From an uncultured Candidatus Saccharibacteria bacterium (GTDB lineage: Bacteria > Patescibacteriota > Minisyncoccia > Phycocordibacterales > Zambryskibacteraceae), in contig CAZDXF010000002.1 of the NCBI GenBank assembly GCA_964509605.1, forward strand, positions 25,514-89,513: a stretch of 64,000 nt of DNA, given 5' to 3'. Position 1 is the stretch's first letter; the number at the start of each line of letters is the position of its first letter. Both the position numbers and the translations under genes were made by a program. Below the pieces are notes generated by a model. The model saw only the letters and a list, made by a program, of their open reading frames with translations. It had not been told where the DNA came from and did no database searches. Shown one piece after another: positions 48,490-58,251 of the stretch.

Positions 48490-49605
48490 ATGGCCAACAT
48501 CTTTGGAACTCTTTTCCACAAAAAAAGCGGAAGTGTCTTGGGTATAGACATAGGCACCTCTGCTATTAAAGTTGTTCAACTCAAAAAAAGCGGTGGAAAG
48601 GCGATTCTTGAGACATATGGCGAACTGGCCCTTGGACCATATGCGGGGGCAGAAATAGGACAAGCTACAAATCTTCCGACAGAAAAGATAGTTGAAGCCC
48701 TTTCCGATCTGATGAGAGAAAAAGAAGTCAATCTTTCTTCAAATAAGTGCGGTATGGCAATACCTTTTTCTTCAAGTCTGATGACTCTTTTGGAGATGCC
48801 TTCTCTTCCCACAAAGCAACTTGAGACAATGATTCCTTTGGAGGCTAGAAAATATATTCCGGTTCCGATTTCCGAAGTGGTACTTGATTGGTCTGTTATC
48901 CCGAAAGATGAGAAAGAAGAAGAGGAACAGGAAGAAAAAGAGAAGCACGGTCCAGCCAGAGTAAAAAAGTCAGATATTTTACTTGTTGCAATTCACAATG
49001 AAACTTTAAATAAGTATCAGGAAATAATGACAAAGACTGGTCTGGAAGCGAGTTTTTTTGAAATAGAGATTTTTAGCACCCTTCGAGCCGTTTTGGACAC
49101 AGAGGTAAAGCCCGTGATGCTTATAGATATGGGAGCTGCTACTACAAAACTTTATATTGTGGAAAGAGGAATTGTGCGCGCATCTCACACTGTAAACAGA
49201 GGATCACAAGACATAACTACAACAATATCTCAATCATTGGGTGTGCCTGTGGCCAGAGCAGAAGTTTTAAAAAGATCTGTTGGAGCTATGTCTGGAGGCG
49301 AAGTAGATTTAAGAGAAATTATCCGTATTGGTTTGGCACACATTTTTTCAGAAACCAATCAGGTAATACTTAACTATCAAAAAAGATACAATAAAGCTAT
49401 TGAAAAGATTGTCATGGTTGGCGGGGGTTCTGCGCTCAAAGGGTTACCCGAGCTTGCAAAGAGCAGTTTTCAGTTTGAAGTAGAAGCGGGCAATCCGTTT
49501 TTGAAAGTAGAAGCTCCTGCATTCTTGGAAAAAGTGCTGAGAGAGACCGGACCAGAATTTGCTGTTTCTGTTGGAGTTGCCCTTCGGCGTCTCCAAGAAA
49601 ACTAA
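48490..49605 (+). CDS. pilM: Type IV pilus assembly protein PilM
   Basis: Actin-like ATPase fold (GIDIGTSAIKVV). First gene of the pil locus. Confidence 0.85.
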   Translation: MANIFGTLFHKKSGSVLGIDIGTSAIKVVQLKKSGGKAILETYGELALGPYAGAEIGQATNLPTEKIVEALSDLMREKEVNLSSNKCGMAIPFSSSLMTLLEMPSLPTKQLETMIPLEARKYIPVPISEVVLDWSVIPKDEKEEEEQEEKEKHGPARVKKSDILLVAIHNETLNKYQEIMTKTGLEASFFEIEIFSTLRAVLDTEVKPVMLIDMGAATTKLYIVERGIVRASHTVNRGSQDITTTISQSLGVPVARAEVLKRSVGAMSGGEVDLREIIRIGLAHIFSETNQVILNYQKRYNKAIEKIVMVGGGSALKGLPELAKSSFQFEVEAGNPFLKVEAPAFLEKVLRETGPEFAVSVGVALRRLQEN

Positions 49606-49716
49606 ATTCTTTTCTGTGGATTAGAAATTACCACACTAATGTTTCAAGTGTAGTATAATATTTTCAAAAGAGAAGAACGAAATTTCTTGGCTTTTCAAAA
49701 CTAAAATATTTATAGG

Positions 49717-50421
49717 ATGGATCCAAAATTTCAACCATCTTTCATACCAAAAAAAGCAGACTCTGGTCTGGACTCTTTCAAGAGGCCATCTAGCACCTCC
49801 GGAGGTTTGTTTTATCTACTTGGCGTTTCTTTATTTGTTCTTGCTTTGATTTCAGCAACAGGTGTTTTTGTGTATGAAAAATACTTAAACAGTCGAATAT
49901 CAAAGATGCAGGCTGATCTAGAAACAGCAAGACAGGCTCTAAACCCCGAACTAGTAAAGGACCTTTCTAGATCTCATGCGAGAATGATGTCTGCCAGAGA
50001 GATATTGTCAAAGCATGTTTCTATGACATCTTTCTTTTCTCTTTTGGGTTCTCAAACTCTTCAGGCCGTAAGTTTTAACGATTTTTCTCTAATGTCTTCT
50101 GGTGATGGAGCAATAACTGTAGAAATGTCCGGAGAATCTAGAGATTACAAAACAGTTGCATTGCAGTCTGAAATATTTTCCAACAATCCCTATTTTAGAA
50201 ACCCGTCTTTTTCAGGTCTTGATTTAAATGAATCTGGAAATGTTATTTTTAGATTTAAATCTGGTATTTCTCCGGACTTGGTTTTGTATGAAAAAACTTT
50301 TGAAGTAAAGCCAGTTTCGGAGATAACTCCACCGCCAGCCTCATTGCCCGAAGAATCAGCAACTGATTCAGCCGAAACTGAGCCGGTCGGAAATGAACAA
50401 GGCCCAGTAAACCCATCATGA
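49717..50421 (+). CDS. pilN: PilN-like protein
   Basis: Single TM then coiled coil; position after pilM. Confidence 0.55.
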   Translation: MDPKFQPSFIPKKADSGLDSFKRPSSTSGGLFYLLGVSLFVLALISATGVFVYEKYLNSRISKMQADLETARQALNPELVKDLSRSHARMMSAREILSKHVSMTSFFSLLGSQTLQAVSFNDFSLMSSGDGAITVEMSGESRDYKTVALQSEIFSNNPYFRNPSFSGLDLNESGNVIFRFKSGISPDLVLYEKTFEVKPVSEITPPPASLPEESATDSAETEPVGNEQGPVNPS

Positions 50422-50966
50422 GAAGTTTAATGCCCATACTTTTAATATCTGTTTCCTTAGCACTTTTCTATGTTTTCATAGATCCGCGTCTTGAGGCCGT
50501 CAGAGATTTGGTTGAAGAAGAAAATCAGTATCAAGAGGCAATCGCAAAAGCTGAAGAACTTATGGTTGTAAGGGACCAGCTTCTTTCTCAATACAACTCA
50601 ATTCCAGATGGAGATTTGGATAGACTTGAGAGAATAGTTCCAGATTCAGTCAATTTTGTTAAACTTGTTGCTGATATAGACTCTGTTGCTGGTAGATACG
50701 GAATAGCTCCCCGTGGCATAGAGGTGAAGGAAGTACTAGACGAATCTTTGGGTATAGGTGATACCGCAAGTTTGACGCCATATCTTTCCTCGACAATCAC
50801 CTTTTCGTTTGTAAGTTCTTATGAAAATCTCGTAAACTTTCTAACCGACTTGGAAAAGAGTCTTCAGATGATTGATATAAAGTCCATCACTTTCTCAACG
50901 GAAGGGGAAGACAGCGACCTTCACAACTTTAATGTGTCTTTTGACACATATTGGTTAAGACAATAA
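50418..50966 (+). CDS. pilO: PilO-like protein
   Basis: Single TM plus coiled coil. Start overlaps the pilN stop. Confidence 0.55.
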   Translation: MRSLMPILLISVSLALFYVFIDPRLEAVRDLVEEENQYQEAIAKAEELMVVRDQLLSQYNSIPDGDLDRLERIVPDSVNFVKLVADIDSVAGRYGIAPRGIEVKEVLDESLGIGDTASLTPYLSSTITFSFVSSYENLVNFLTDLEKSLQMIDIKSITFSTEGEDSDLHNFNVSFDTYWLRQ

Positions 50967-50971
50967 ATTTT

Positions 50972-51277
50972 ATGCAACTTGGAAACTTAAAACAATTTTC
51001 AGCCGCAGTCATCATAATAGCCGTTATAGGTTTCGGTATTTATTTTTTGTTTATTAGAGGAGGTGGAGAGGAAGCTGAAATTTTGTTTGATGAATTTGGT
51101 TATCCAATAGAAGCGCAGGCTGTGGGTCAAGACTTGATAAGTCTTCTTGAAGAACTTCAGTCTGTTTCTTTTGACTCTTCTTTATTCAGATCTCCCGCTT
51201 TTGTGAATCTGACCGATTATTCCGTAGATTTAGGCACACAGCCCCAAGGAAGAACAAACCCGTTTGAGGGAATCTAA
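50972..51277 (+). CDS. Small single-TM protein (PilP-like?)
   Basis: Position and topology only. Confidence 0.3.
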   Translation: MQLGNLKQFSAAVIIIAVIGFGIYFLFIRGGGEEAEILFDEFGYPIEAQAVGQDLISLLEELQSVSFDSSLFRSPAFVNLTDYSVDLGTQPQGRTNPFEGI

Positions 51278-51326
51278 TTTTATCCTCTGTATATAAATAG
51301 TTTTTTGTTCTACAATTTCAAGCAGG

Positions 51327-53108
51327 ATGAGTCTTCTTGATACTTTAGCTGAAAAAAAAATAATCAATAAAGCTGATATTCCTTCTATTTTGGATGAAGC
51401 AGAATCGGCTGGTATTACTGTTGAGCAAGTTTTAATAAAAAGTGGAGTTGACCCAAGTGTTATTTTAAAAAGCAAAGGAGATTTTCTTGAAATTCCAGTT
51501 AAGGATTTAAAGGGGAAAGAAATTTCTGGAAAAATTTTGGAGTATATTCCAGAGGAATCAGCGTCTCATTATAGGTTTTTACCTTTGGGTGTAAAAGACG
51601 GCGTCTTGGAAGTCGGGGTTGTTGATCCAGACAATATAGAGGCTCGTGATGCACTGAATTTCATTTCTTCAAAAATCGGGATGCCGTTTAAAATTTTCCT
51701 TATTTCGGAACAGGATTTTGAATCAGCAATGGGAGGATATAAAGGTTTGTCTGGAGAGGTCACGCAAGCTCTTTCAGAGCTTGAAACAGAGCTCAAGGGC
51801 AAAAAAAATGAGCAGGATGAAGACGAAGAGGATACGGGAGCATCAGCGGAAGAGACGGATGCTTCTGCAGATTTGTCCGACATTGATACAAGTAAGTTAA
51901 AAAAAGACGGGAAGGAAGAAAAAATAATTGAGGATGCACCAGTTACAAAAATAGTCGCCACGATTTTGAGATACGCTACAGACGGAAACGCTTCAGACAT
52001 TCACATAGAAAGGATGCGCGACAATGTTCGCGTCAGATTTAGGGTTGACGGCACAATGAATACAAGTTTGGTCCTACCAACGAAGATTCATTCAGCAGTT
52101 GTGGCTCGTATAAAAATTCTCTCTAGTATGCGTTTGGATGAGAAAAGAAAACCCCAAGACGGAAGATTCAGCGCAAAGGTGGGAGACAAAAGAATAGATT
52201 TTCGTGTGTCTACTTTTCCGGCATATTTTGGAGAGAAAGTGGTGATGAGAATCTTGGACCCACAAAAAGGAGTTAAATCTCTAGATGAACTAATGCTCAC
52301 AGAGAGAAACCTCCGCCTCATAAGGGAAGCTCTCAAAAAACCTTACGGAATGGTCCTTATTTCAGGTCCGACCGGTTCGGGAAAATCAACAACTCTTTAT
52401 TCAATGTTGAATGAAGTAGATAGAGAGCACAAAAATGTTTTGTCTCTGGAAGATCCTGTTGAGTATACGATTGAAGGAATGAACCAGTCTCAAATTCGTC
52501 CTGAAATAGGTTATAACTTTGCTACAGGTCTTAGAACCACTTTGCGTCAGGACCCGGACATAATAATGGTTGGTGAGATTAGAGATAAAGAGACCGCACA
52601 GCTTGCTATCCAAGCCGCTCTCACTGGACACTTGGTCTTTTCTACAATCCACACCAACAATGCTGTAGGCGTCATTCCTCGTCTTATAGATATGGGAGTG
52701 GACCCATATCTTATTGCCCCCACTTTGGTTTTGGCCATTGCTCAGAGACTCGTTAGAGCTTTCTGTCCAGGTGCTGGTAAGCCCATTCCAGTAGAAGGAA
52801 GTATAAAATTGATGCTTGAGAAACAGTTTGCGGATTTACCAGAAAAATACAGAAAAGAGATAGAATTTGGTAAAGAGGTTTATGAAATATCTCCGACAGA
52901 AGATTGTCCAAATGGTACAAGGGGTCGGTATGCTGTAATGGAAGTTATGGAAATGGACAGAGGGGTGGAGGAGATAATTCTAAAAGGAGGCACAGAAATA
53001 GATTTAGCAAAAGCGGCACGAGAGAGAGGTATGCTTTCTATGAAAGAGGACGCAATACTCAAGGCATTTAAGCGACTCGTTCCTTTTGAGGATGTCGGGA
53101 CATTGTAA
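51327..53108 (+). CDS. pilB: Type IV pilus assembly ATPase PilB (GspE family)
   Basis: Walker A GPTGSGKSTT, Asp box, His box, tetracysteine-like region. Confidence 0.9.
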   Translation: MSLLDTLAEKKIINKADIPSILDEAESAGITVEQVLIKSGVDPSVILKSKGDFLEIPVKDLKGKEISGKILEYIPEESASHYRFLPLGVKDGVLEVGVVDPDNIEARDALNFISSKIGMPFKIFLISEQDFESAMGGYKGLSGEVTQALSELETELKGKKNEQDEDEEDTGASAEETDASADLSDIDTSKLKKDGKEEKIIEDAPVTKIVATILRYATDGNASDIHIERMRDNVRVRFRVDGTMNTSLVLPTKIHSAVVARIKILSSMRLDEKRKPQDGRFSAKVGDKRIDFRVSTFPAYFGEKVVMRILDPQKGVKSLDELMLTERNLRLIREALKKPYGMVLISGPTGSGKSTTLYSMLNEVDREHKNVLSLEDPVEYTIEGMNQSQIRPEIGYNFATGLRTTLRQDPDIIMVGEIRDKETAQLAIQAALTGHLVFSTIHTNNAVGVIPRLIDMGVDPYLIAPTLVLAIAQRLVRAFCPGAGKPIPVEGSIKLMLEKQFADLPEKYRKEIEFGKEVYEISPTEDCPNGTRGRYAVMEVMEMDRGVEEIILKGGTEIDLAKAARERGMLSMKEDAILKAFKRLVPFEDVGTL

Positions 53109-53142
53109 TTTTTTTTAAATTTTGTGTGGTAGAATTTTCTAT

Positions 53143-53535
53143 ATGAGCAAAAAGAAAGACTTCAGTATTCTTTTGGTGGATGACGACAAATTTTTGTTGG
53201 ATATGTACGCTACAAAATTTAAAAGTGAAGGTTTTACGGTTCACACTTCTTCAGGGGCGCAAGACGCCTTGAATAAGCTGAGGGGAGGAGAAGTGCCCGA
53301 TATTTTGGTTTTTGATATCATAATGCCTCAAATGGATGGCTTAGAACTTTTGGAAAATGTTCGAAAGGAAGGCCTAGCAAAAACTTCTGTTGTGGTGATG
53401 CTTACAAATGAGACAGATCCAGCTAAAATTGAAAAAGCTCAATCTTTGGGAATAGATGGTTATATTGTGAAAGCCACTCTTATTCCTTCCGAGGTTGTTG
53501 ATGAGGTTATAAAAATTGTAGAAAATAAAAAATAA
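53143..53535 (+). CDS. CheY-like single-domain response regulator (PilH-like)
   Basis: Receiver domain with DD...D...K residues. Sits between pilB and pilT. Confidence 0.75.
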   Translation: MSKKKDFSILLVDDDKFLLDMYATKFKSEGFTVHTSSGAQDALNKLRGGEVPDILVFDIIMPQMDGLELLENVRKEGLAKTSVVVMLTNETDPAKIEKAQSLGIDGYIVKATLIPSEVVDEVIKIVENKK

Positions 53536-53539
53536 AAAT

Positions 53540-54598
53540 ATGGAACACAGCAAACTGTTAGACGAACTTATAGATATAGTAATAAAAGAAAATGGCTCGG
53601 ATATACACCTCTCAGAGGGGCGAGTGCCCGTTATTAGGGTTTCGGGTTTTTTAATTCCTTTGACGACAATACCTGCGGTTACCAAACAACAAGTAGACGA
53701 AATTCTTTCTTCTCTTTTGACTCCAGATAACAAAAAAGAGTTTCTTGAGACAAGAGAGATGGATTTCGGCTTCTCTCATTCAGCCGGAAGGTTTAGAGGA
53801 AACGCTTTTTATAGACTTGGAAAAATTTCTATTGCTTTGCGTCTTATTCCTAAAAAGATAAGAACATTAGAAGAACTCAACCTTCCGCCAATTTTGGGAT
53901 CTTTTGCGGAGCGACAGCAAGGCTTTTTTCTTGTTGTGGGCCCTACTGGGCATGGCAAATCTACAACACTTGCTACGCTTATAGAAAAGATAAATCAGGA
54001 AAGACTTGAGCATATTGTGACCGTAGAAGATCCTATTGAATACATTTTTGAACCAAAAAAGGCAATTATTGATCAGAGAGAAGTGAAAGTGGACACGGTA
54101 GATTTCCACAGAGCTTTGAAGAGTGTTTTTAGACAAGATGTAGATATCTTGATGATTGGTGAAATGAGAGACTCAGAAACGATTGCTACAGCTGTAACAG
54201 CCGCTGAAACTGGGCACTTGGTACTTTCAACTCTTCACACAAATACTGCATCTCAGACAGTAGATAGAATAATAGACTCCTTTCCTGCGGATCAGCAGGA
54301 CCAAATTAGATCACAGCTGGCAAGTAGCTTGGCGGGAATATTTTCTCAGAGACTTGTTCCTAGAATTTCAGGCGGTCTCATCCCTGCATACGAGCTTCTT
54401 CTGAACAATACTGCAGTTGCAAATCTAATAAGAGATAAAAGGACCCATGAGATAAACACTGTTATAGAAACAAGCACGCAGGACGGTATGATAGATCTAA
54501 ACAGATCTTTGGCGGGTCTAGTGCAAGCGGGGGAGATTACCGTTGAAAACGCATATTTGTTCTCCACAAATTCAAAGATGCTTCAGAAGATGCTCTAA
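53540..54598 (+). CDS. pilT: Twitching-motility retraction ATPase PilT
   Basis: Walker A GPTGHGKSTT and the PilT-type C-terminal region. Confidence 0.9.
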   Translation: MEHSKLLDELIDIVIKENGSDIHLSEGRVPVIRVSGFLIPLTTIPAVTKQQVDEILSSLLTPDNKKEFLETREMDFGFSHSAGRFRGNAFYRLGKISIALRLIPKKIRTLEELNLPPILGSFAERQQGFFLVVGPTGHGKSTTLATLIEKINQERLEHIVTVEDPIEYIFEPKKAIIDQREVKVDTVDFHRALKSVFRQDVDILMIGEMRDSETIATAVTAAETGHLVLSTLHTNTASQTVDRIIDSFPADQQDQIRSQLASSLAGIFSQRLVPRISGGLIPAYELLLNNTAVANLIRDKRTHEINTVIETSTQDGMIDLNRSLAGLVQAGEITVENAYLFSTNSKMLQKML

Positions 54599-54607
54599 CA
54601 TAAAAAA

Positions 54608-55813
54608 ATGCTTTTTAATTACAAGGCAATAGATAATAACGGGGAAGAAAAAGTCGGAAGTATAGATGCGATAAATATTGATGTTGCAATAAGTTCGCTT
54701 CAGAAAAGAGGATTGGTTATTTCTTCCGTAACTCCAGTTGAGGAAGAGCTTATTAAAAAGCAGTTTTTTTTCCGTAGAAGAGTTTCTGGAAAGGATATTG
54801 TTATTCTATCCAGACAGTTGTCTACTCTTTTTGAAGCACAGGTTCCAGCTCTGAGAATTTTCAAACTTATTTCAGCCGAAGCTGAAAATTTGGTTTTAAG
54901 AAAAAGTCTTATTGAAGTGGCTGACGACCTTCAGGGTGGAAGTTCAATTTCCAAAGCGCTTTCTAAGCATCCGAATATTTTTTCTGATTTTTATGTAAAC
55001 ATGGTTCGTGCTGGAGAAGAGACTGGAAAGCTAAATGAGACATTTAGTTTTCTTGCAGATTATTTGGACAGAAACTACGAGGTTACATCAAAGGCCAGAA
55101 ATGCCCTTGTTTATCCAGCATTTGTCATCACTGTTTTTATTGGTGTTATGGCTCTGATGTTTACAATGATTATTCCAAAAATCAGCGTTATTTTGGTTGA
55201 ATCTGGTCAAGAGCTCCCGATTTATACAAAAGCAGTGATTGCAGTGAGCGATCTGTTTGTAAATTACGGCATCTTTATGCTCGTCGGTCTCATAATTGCC
55301 AGCTTTTTTGGTATTAGATATGTCAGGACTTCTGCAGGAAAATACGCCTTTGATAGTTTCAAACTAAGTGTTCCTTATGTCGGTGATCTTTATAGAAAGC
55401 TATATCTTTCTATAATTGCCGACAATATGAATACCATGGTGGCTAGTGGTATTCCAATGTTGAGAGCCATTGAAATTACGAGCAATGTTGTGGGTAGCGC
55501 AATTTACAAGCAAATCTTGGATGAAAGTTTGATATCGGTAAAAGGTGGAAGCTCTCTTTCAAATTCTCTTTCTCAATACGCAGATATACCAGGGATTTTG
55601 GTTCAGATGATTAAAGTTGGAGAGGAAACCGGAGAACTTGGAAGTATTTTGAAAACTATGGCGAAGTTTTATCAAAGAGAAGTGATGAATGCCGTAGATA
55701 CTTTGGTAGATCTTATAGAGCCGGTAATGATAGTGCTTTTGGGTCTTGGTGTGGGCGTTCTTTTGGCTTCTGTATTAATGCCTATATACAATATTGCTTC
55801 TACCGCCGCTTAA
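54608..55813 (+). CDS. pilC: Type IV pilus platform protein PilC (GspF family)
   Basis: Two GspF-like repeats and 3 TM helices. Confidence 0.85.
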   Translation: MLFNYKAIDNNGEEKVGSIDAINIDVAISSLQKRGLVISSVTPVEEELIKKQFFFRRRVSGKDIVILSRQLSTLFEAQVPALRIFKLISAEAENLVLRKSLIEVADDLQGGSSISKALSKHPNIFSDFYVNMVRAGEETGKLNETFSFLADYLDRNYEVTSKARNALVYPAFVITVFIGVMALMFTMIIPKISVILVESGQELPIYTKAVIAVSDLFVNYGIFMLVGLIIASFFGIRYVRTSAGKYAFDSFKLSVPYVGDLYRKLYLSIIADNMNTMVASGIPMLRAIEITSNVVGSAIYKQILDESLISVKGGSSLSNSLSQYADIPGILVQMIKVGEETGELGSILKTMAKFYQREVMNAVDTLVDLIEPVMIVLLGLGVGVLLASVLMPIYNIASTAA

Positions 55814-55928
55814 TTTCTTATCCACAGAGAGTTTTAAATTTGTTTTTTTTGGCTTATAATATAAGTACACGTTTAAAAAACGGCTGTCTTGGAAGGACAG
55901 GTCGATTAAAAATTAAATTATTTTAAAA

Positions 55929-56390
55929 ATGAAAAAAGATAGAGGTTTTACACTTATAGAGCTTTTGGTGGTCATAGCGATCATCGGGATTCTATCTTCA
56001 GTTGTCTTGGCGAGTTTGAATGTAGCCAGAGGAAAGGGTGCTGACGCTGCTACAAAATCAAACTTAAGTAATGCTAGAGCACAGGCTGAGGTTTATTACG
56101 ATGGAAATAGCCAAGCTTATACCAACCTTTGCACTGCAACAGGTGCTAACCCTGGTATTGGAACAATGCTGACCGCAGCACAATCTAGTTCTGGGGCGGC
56201 GAGCATAGTAACTGCAAACGGAACTGCAGGAACTGCTACTACTGTTATATGTCATGCTGATGCAAACGGTTGGGCTGTTTCAGCTCCACTTAGATCAGAG
56301 ACGGGGTATTGGTGTGTTGATAGTGCTGGTACTTCTGCAAAGAAAACAAATGTTTTGGCGGCTAACTCAATGGCTTGTCCAGCAACATAA
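55929..56390 (+). CDS. pilA: Type IVa major pilin
   Basis: Leader MKKDRG|FTLIELLVVIAIIGIL and C-terminal Cys pair. A strong terminator follows. Confidence 0.85.
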   Translation: MKKDRGFTLIELLVVIAIIGILSSVVLASLNVARGKGADAATKSNLSNARAQAEVYYDGNSQAYTNLCTATGANPGIGTMLTAAQSSSGAASIVTANGTAGTATTVICHADANGWAVSAPLRSETGYWCVDSAGTSAKKTNVLAANSMACPAT

Positions 56391-56412
56391 TCTGCTTTTA
56401 GTTTCTTTTTTC

Positions 56413-56442
56413 AAAAACCCCGGTTTACCGGGGTTTTTGTTT
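56413..56442 (+). terminator. Rho-independent terminator after pilA
   Basis: aaaaccccgg-ttta-ccggggttttt. Confidence 0.6.
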
Positions 56443-56490
56443 GGGGATAAAATGCTGTGTTATAAACGAAATAATCTGTATAATTGATTT

Positions 56491-56958
56491 ATGAATAGAC
56501 AAAAAGGTTTCACTCTCATAGAACTTCTAGTAGTAATTGCCATCATTGGAATTCTATCTTCAGTTGTTTTGGCGAGTTTGAATACTGCTAGAGGGAGAAG
56601 TGCGAATGCTGCTATAAAATCAAATTTAGCAAATGTAAGAGCCCAAGCAGAGCTCTTTTACGATACGACTGGAAACAGTACATATGGCGCTTTTGGTACG
56701 GCTACTGCAAATTGTCTGACAACATCAGCAAGCCTGTTTGCTGATACTAAAATTAGGTCATTTATAACTTCTGCTCAAAGTGCCGGAGGGGGCACAGCTC
56801 TTTGCGCTTCTCAACCACTTTCGAATTCAACTTCTTTTGTAATTTCCGTTCAACTCAAACAAACAGAGGGCACATTTAACTATTGGTGTGTGGATTCTTC
56901 CGGAAGTTCTAAAGGACACGCTTCTGCTATTAGCGGAAGCCTAACAGCTTGCCCATAA
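56491..56958 (+). CDS. Type IVa pilin (second copy)
   Basis: Leader MNRQKG|FTLIELLVVIAIIGIL. Confidence 0.8.
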   Translation: MNRQKGFTLIELLVVIAIIGILSSVVLASLNTARGRSANAAIKSNLANVRAQAELFYDTTGNSTYGAFGTATANCLTTSASLFADTKIRSFITSAQSAGGGTALCASQPLSNSTSFVISVQLKQTEGTFNYWCVDSSGSSKGHASAISGSLTACP

Positions 56959-56968
56959 AAATAATTTA

Positions 56969-57144
56969 ATGAATAGACAAAAAGGTTTTACCCGCACACC
57001 TGTTTTAAGTAAATTTTCCAGAAATTTGTTCGGATTATTTTTTGCAAACCAAACTCAAAATGAGGGAGGCAAAGAATTAGATAAAACAGGTGTTAGCTCT
57101 GCCAAAGCAGAGCGCGGGTTTACTCTTATAGAACTTCTCGTGGT
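56969..57144 (+). repeat. 176-bp perfect direct repeat (second copy 57589-57764) spanning the 5' ends of two adjacent pilin genes
   Basis: Identical from the ATG through gaacttctcgtggt. Identity stops exactly there. Confidence 0.9.
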
Positions 57145-57544
57145 AATAGCGATCATTGGAATTTTAGCTTCGGTTATTACGGTAAATCTTACTAGTACAA
57201 AAAATAAATCTTCAAATACTGGGATAAAGACAAATTTAGCGACGGTTCGTTCTCAAGCAGAAGTTTATTACAATCAAAACAGCTATGTGTACGGATCTTA
57301 TTCAGGAGCGTGCCCCACAGTTTCAGGAACCGGACATGTCTTTTTGGATCCTGTTGTTGTTTCTGCAATGAATGCAGCAAAATCTGCCAGCGGGGGTACA
57401 GCTCAGTGCTGGGCAAATGGCAATCAGTGGTCGGCTTCCGTCCAACTCCGAGTTCCTGAGGGAAGTGCCAATCATTGGTGTGTGGATTCAACCGCAGCGG
57501 GCAGAGGTACAGCCACAGCACCAAGCAGTTCACTTTGTCCATAA
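56969..57544 (+). CDS. Pilin with unusually long (49-aa) leader
   Basis: MNRQKGFTRTPV...KTGVSSAKAERG|FTLIELLVVIAIIGIL. The 5' 176 bp are identical to the next gene. Confidence 0.7.
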   Translation: MNRQKGFTRTPVLSKFSRNLFGLFFANQTQNEGGKELDKTGVSSAKAERGFTLIELLVVIAIIGILASVITVNLTSTKNKSSNTGIKTNLATVRSQAEVYYNQNSYVYGSYSGACPTVSGTGHVFLDPVVVSAMNAAKSASGGTAQCWANGNQWSASVQLRVPEGSANHWCVDSTAAGRGTATAPSSSLCP

Positions 57545-57588
57545 AGTGTTATAATAGTGTTCTTAACGGTTTAATTAATTTTTTCAAA

Positions 57589-58185
57589 ATGAATAGACAA
57601 AAAGGTTTTACCCGCACACCTGTTTTAAGTAAATTTTCCAGAAATTTGTTCGGATTATTTTTTGCAAACCAAACTCAAAATGAGGGAGGCAAAGAATTAG
57701 ATAAAACAGGTGTTAGCTCTGCCAAAGCAGAGCGCGGGTTTACTCTTATAGAACTTCTCGTGGTCATCGCCATCATTGGTATACTTTCTTCAGTTGTCTT
57801 GGCGAGTTTGAATGCTGCTAGGGCAAAAGGAGCCGATGCGTCCATAAAGTCCAATCTCTCAAATATTAGGCCTCAAGCCGAAATATATTTTGATGACAAT
57901 GGTCATTACGGAGCTGATGTAGATGATAACTGCTCAGCTGGAATTTTTGCAGAGGCAACAATGTCCGCGGCCATTTCTCAAGCTTCCACTGTTAGTGGTA
58001 GTGCTGCAAGTTGTTTTGCAGAGGATGGCATTACTGGATCAGGGGGTACAGCTGCTAACAGCTGGGCCGTTTCAGTTCCTCTCAAGAGCGATCCATTAGT
58101 GCATTGGTGTGTTGATTACACAGGTATTTCTACTTCTACACCAAACGGAGCAGATATTACCAGTGATGTCGCATATTGCCACTAA
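57589..58185 (+). CDS. Pilin with long leader (start moved to MNRQKGF)
   Basis: Same 49-aa leader as 56969, with a distinct mature domain. A terminator follows. Confidence 0.7.
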   Translation: MNRQKGFTRTPVLSKFSRNLFGLFFANQTQNEGGKELDKTGVSSAKAERGFTLIELLVVIAIIGILSSVVLASLNAARAKGADASIKSNLSNIRPQAEIYFDDNGHYGADVDDNCSAGIFAEATMSAAISQASTVSGSAASCFAEDGITGSGGTAANSWAVSVPLKSDPLVHWCVDYTGISTSTPNGADITSDVAYCH

Positions 58186-58200
58186 AATGTAAGATTAAAA

Positions 58201-58240
58201 TCACCCCGTTCCGATGAGTCGGAACGGGGTGATTTGTTAT
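58201..58240 (+). terminator. Rho-independent terminator
   Basis: atcaccccgttccga-tgag-tcggaacggggtgat, then a T-run. Confidence 0.6.
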
Positions 58241-58251
58241 ATAATTAAAAA

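Noticed and set aside
57475-57588. Upstream extension of the fourth pilin ORF (MVCGFNRSGQ...).
   Set aside because: The MNRQKGF start at 57589 is identical to the neighbouring pilin start and begins the 176-bp repeat. The extension has no pilin features.
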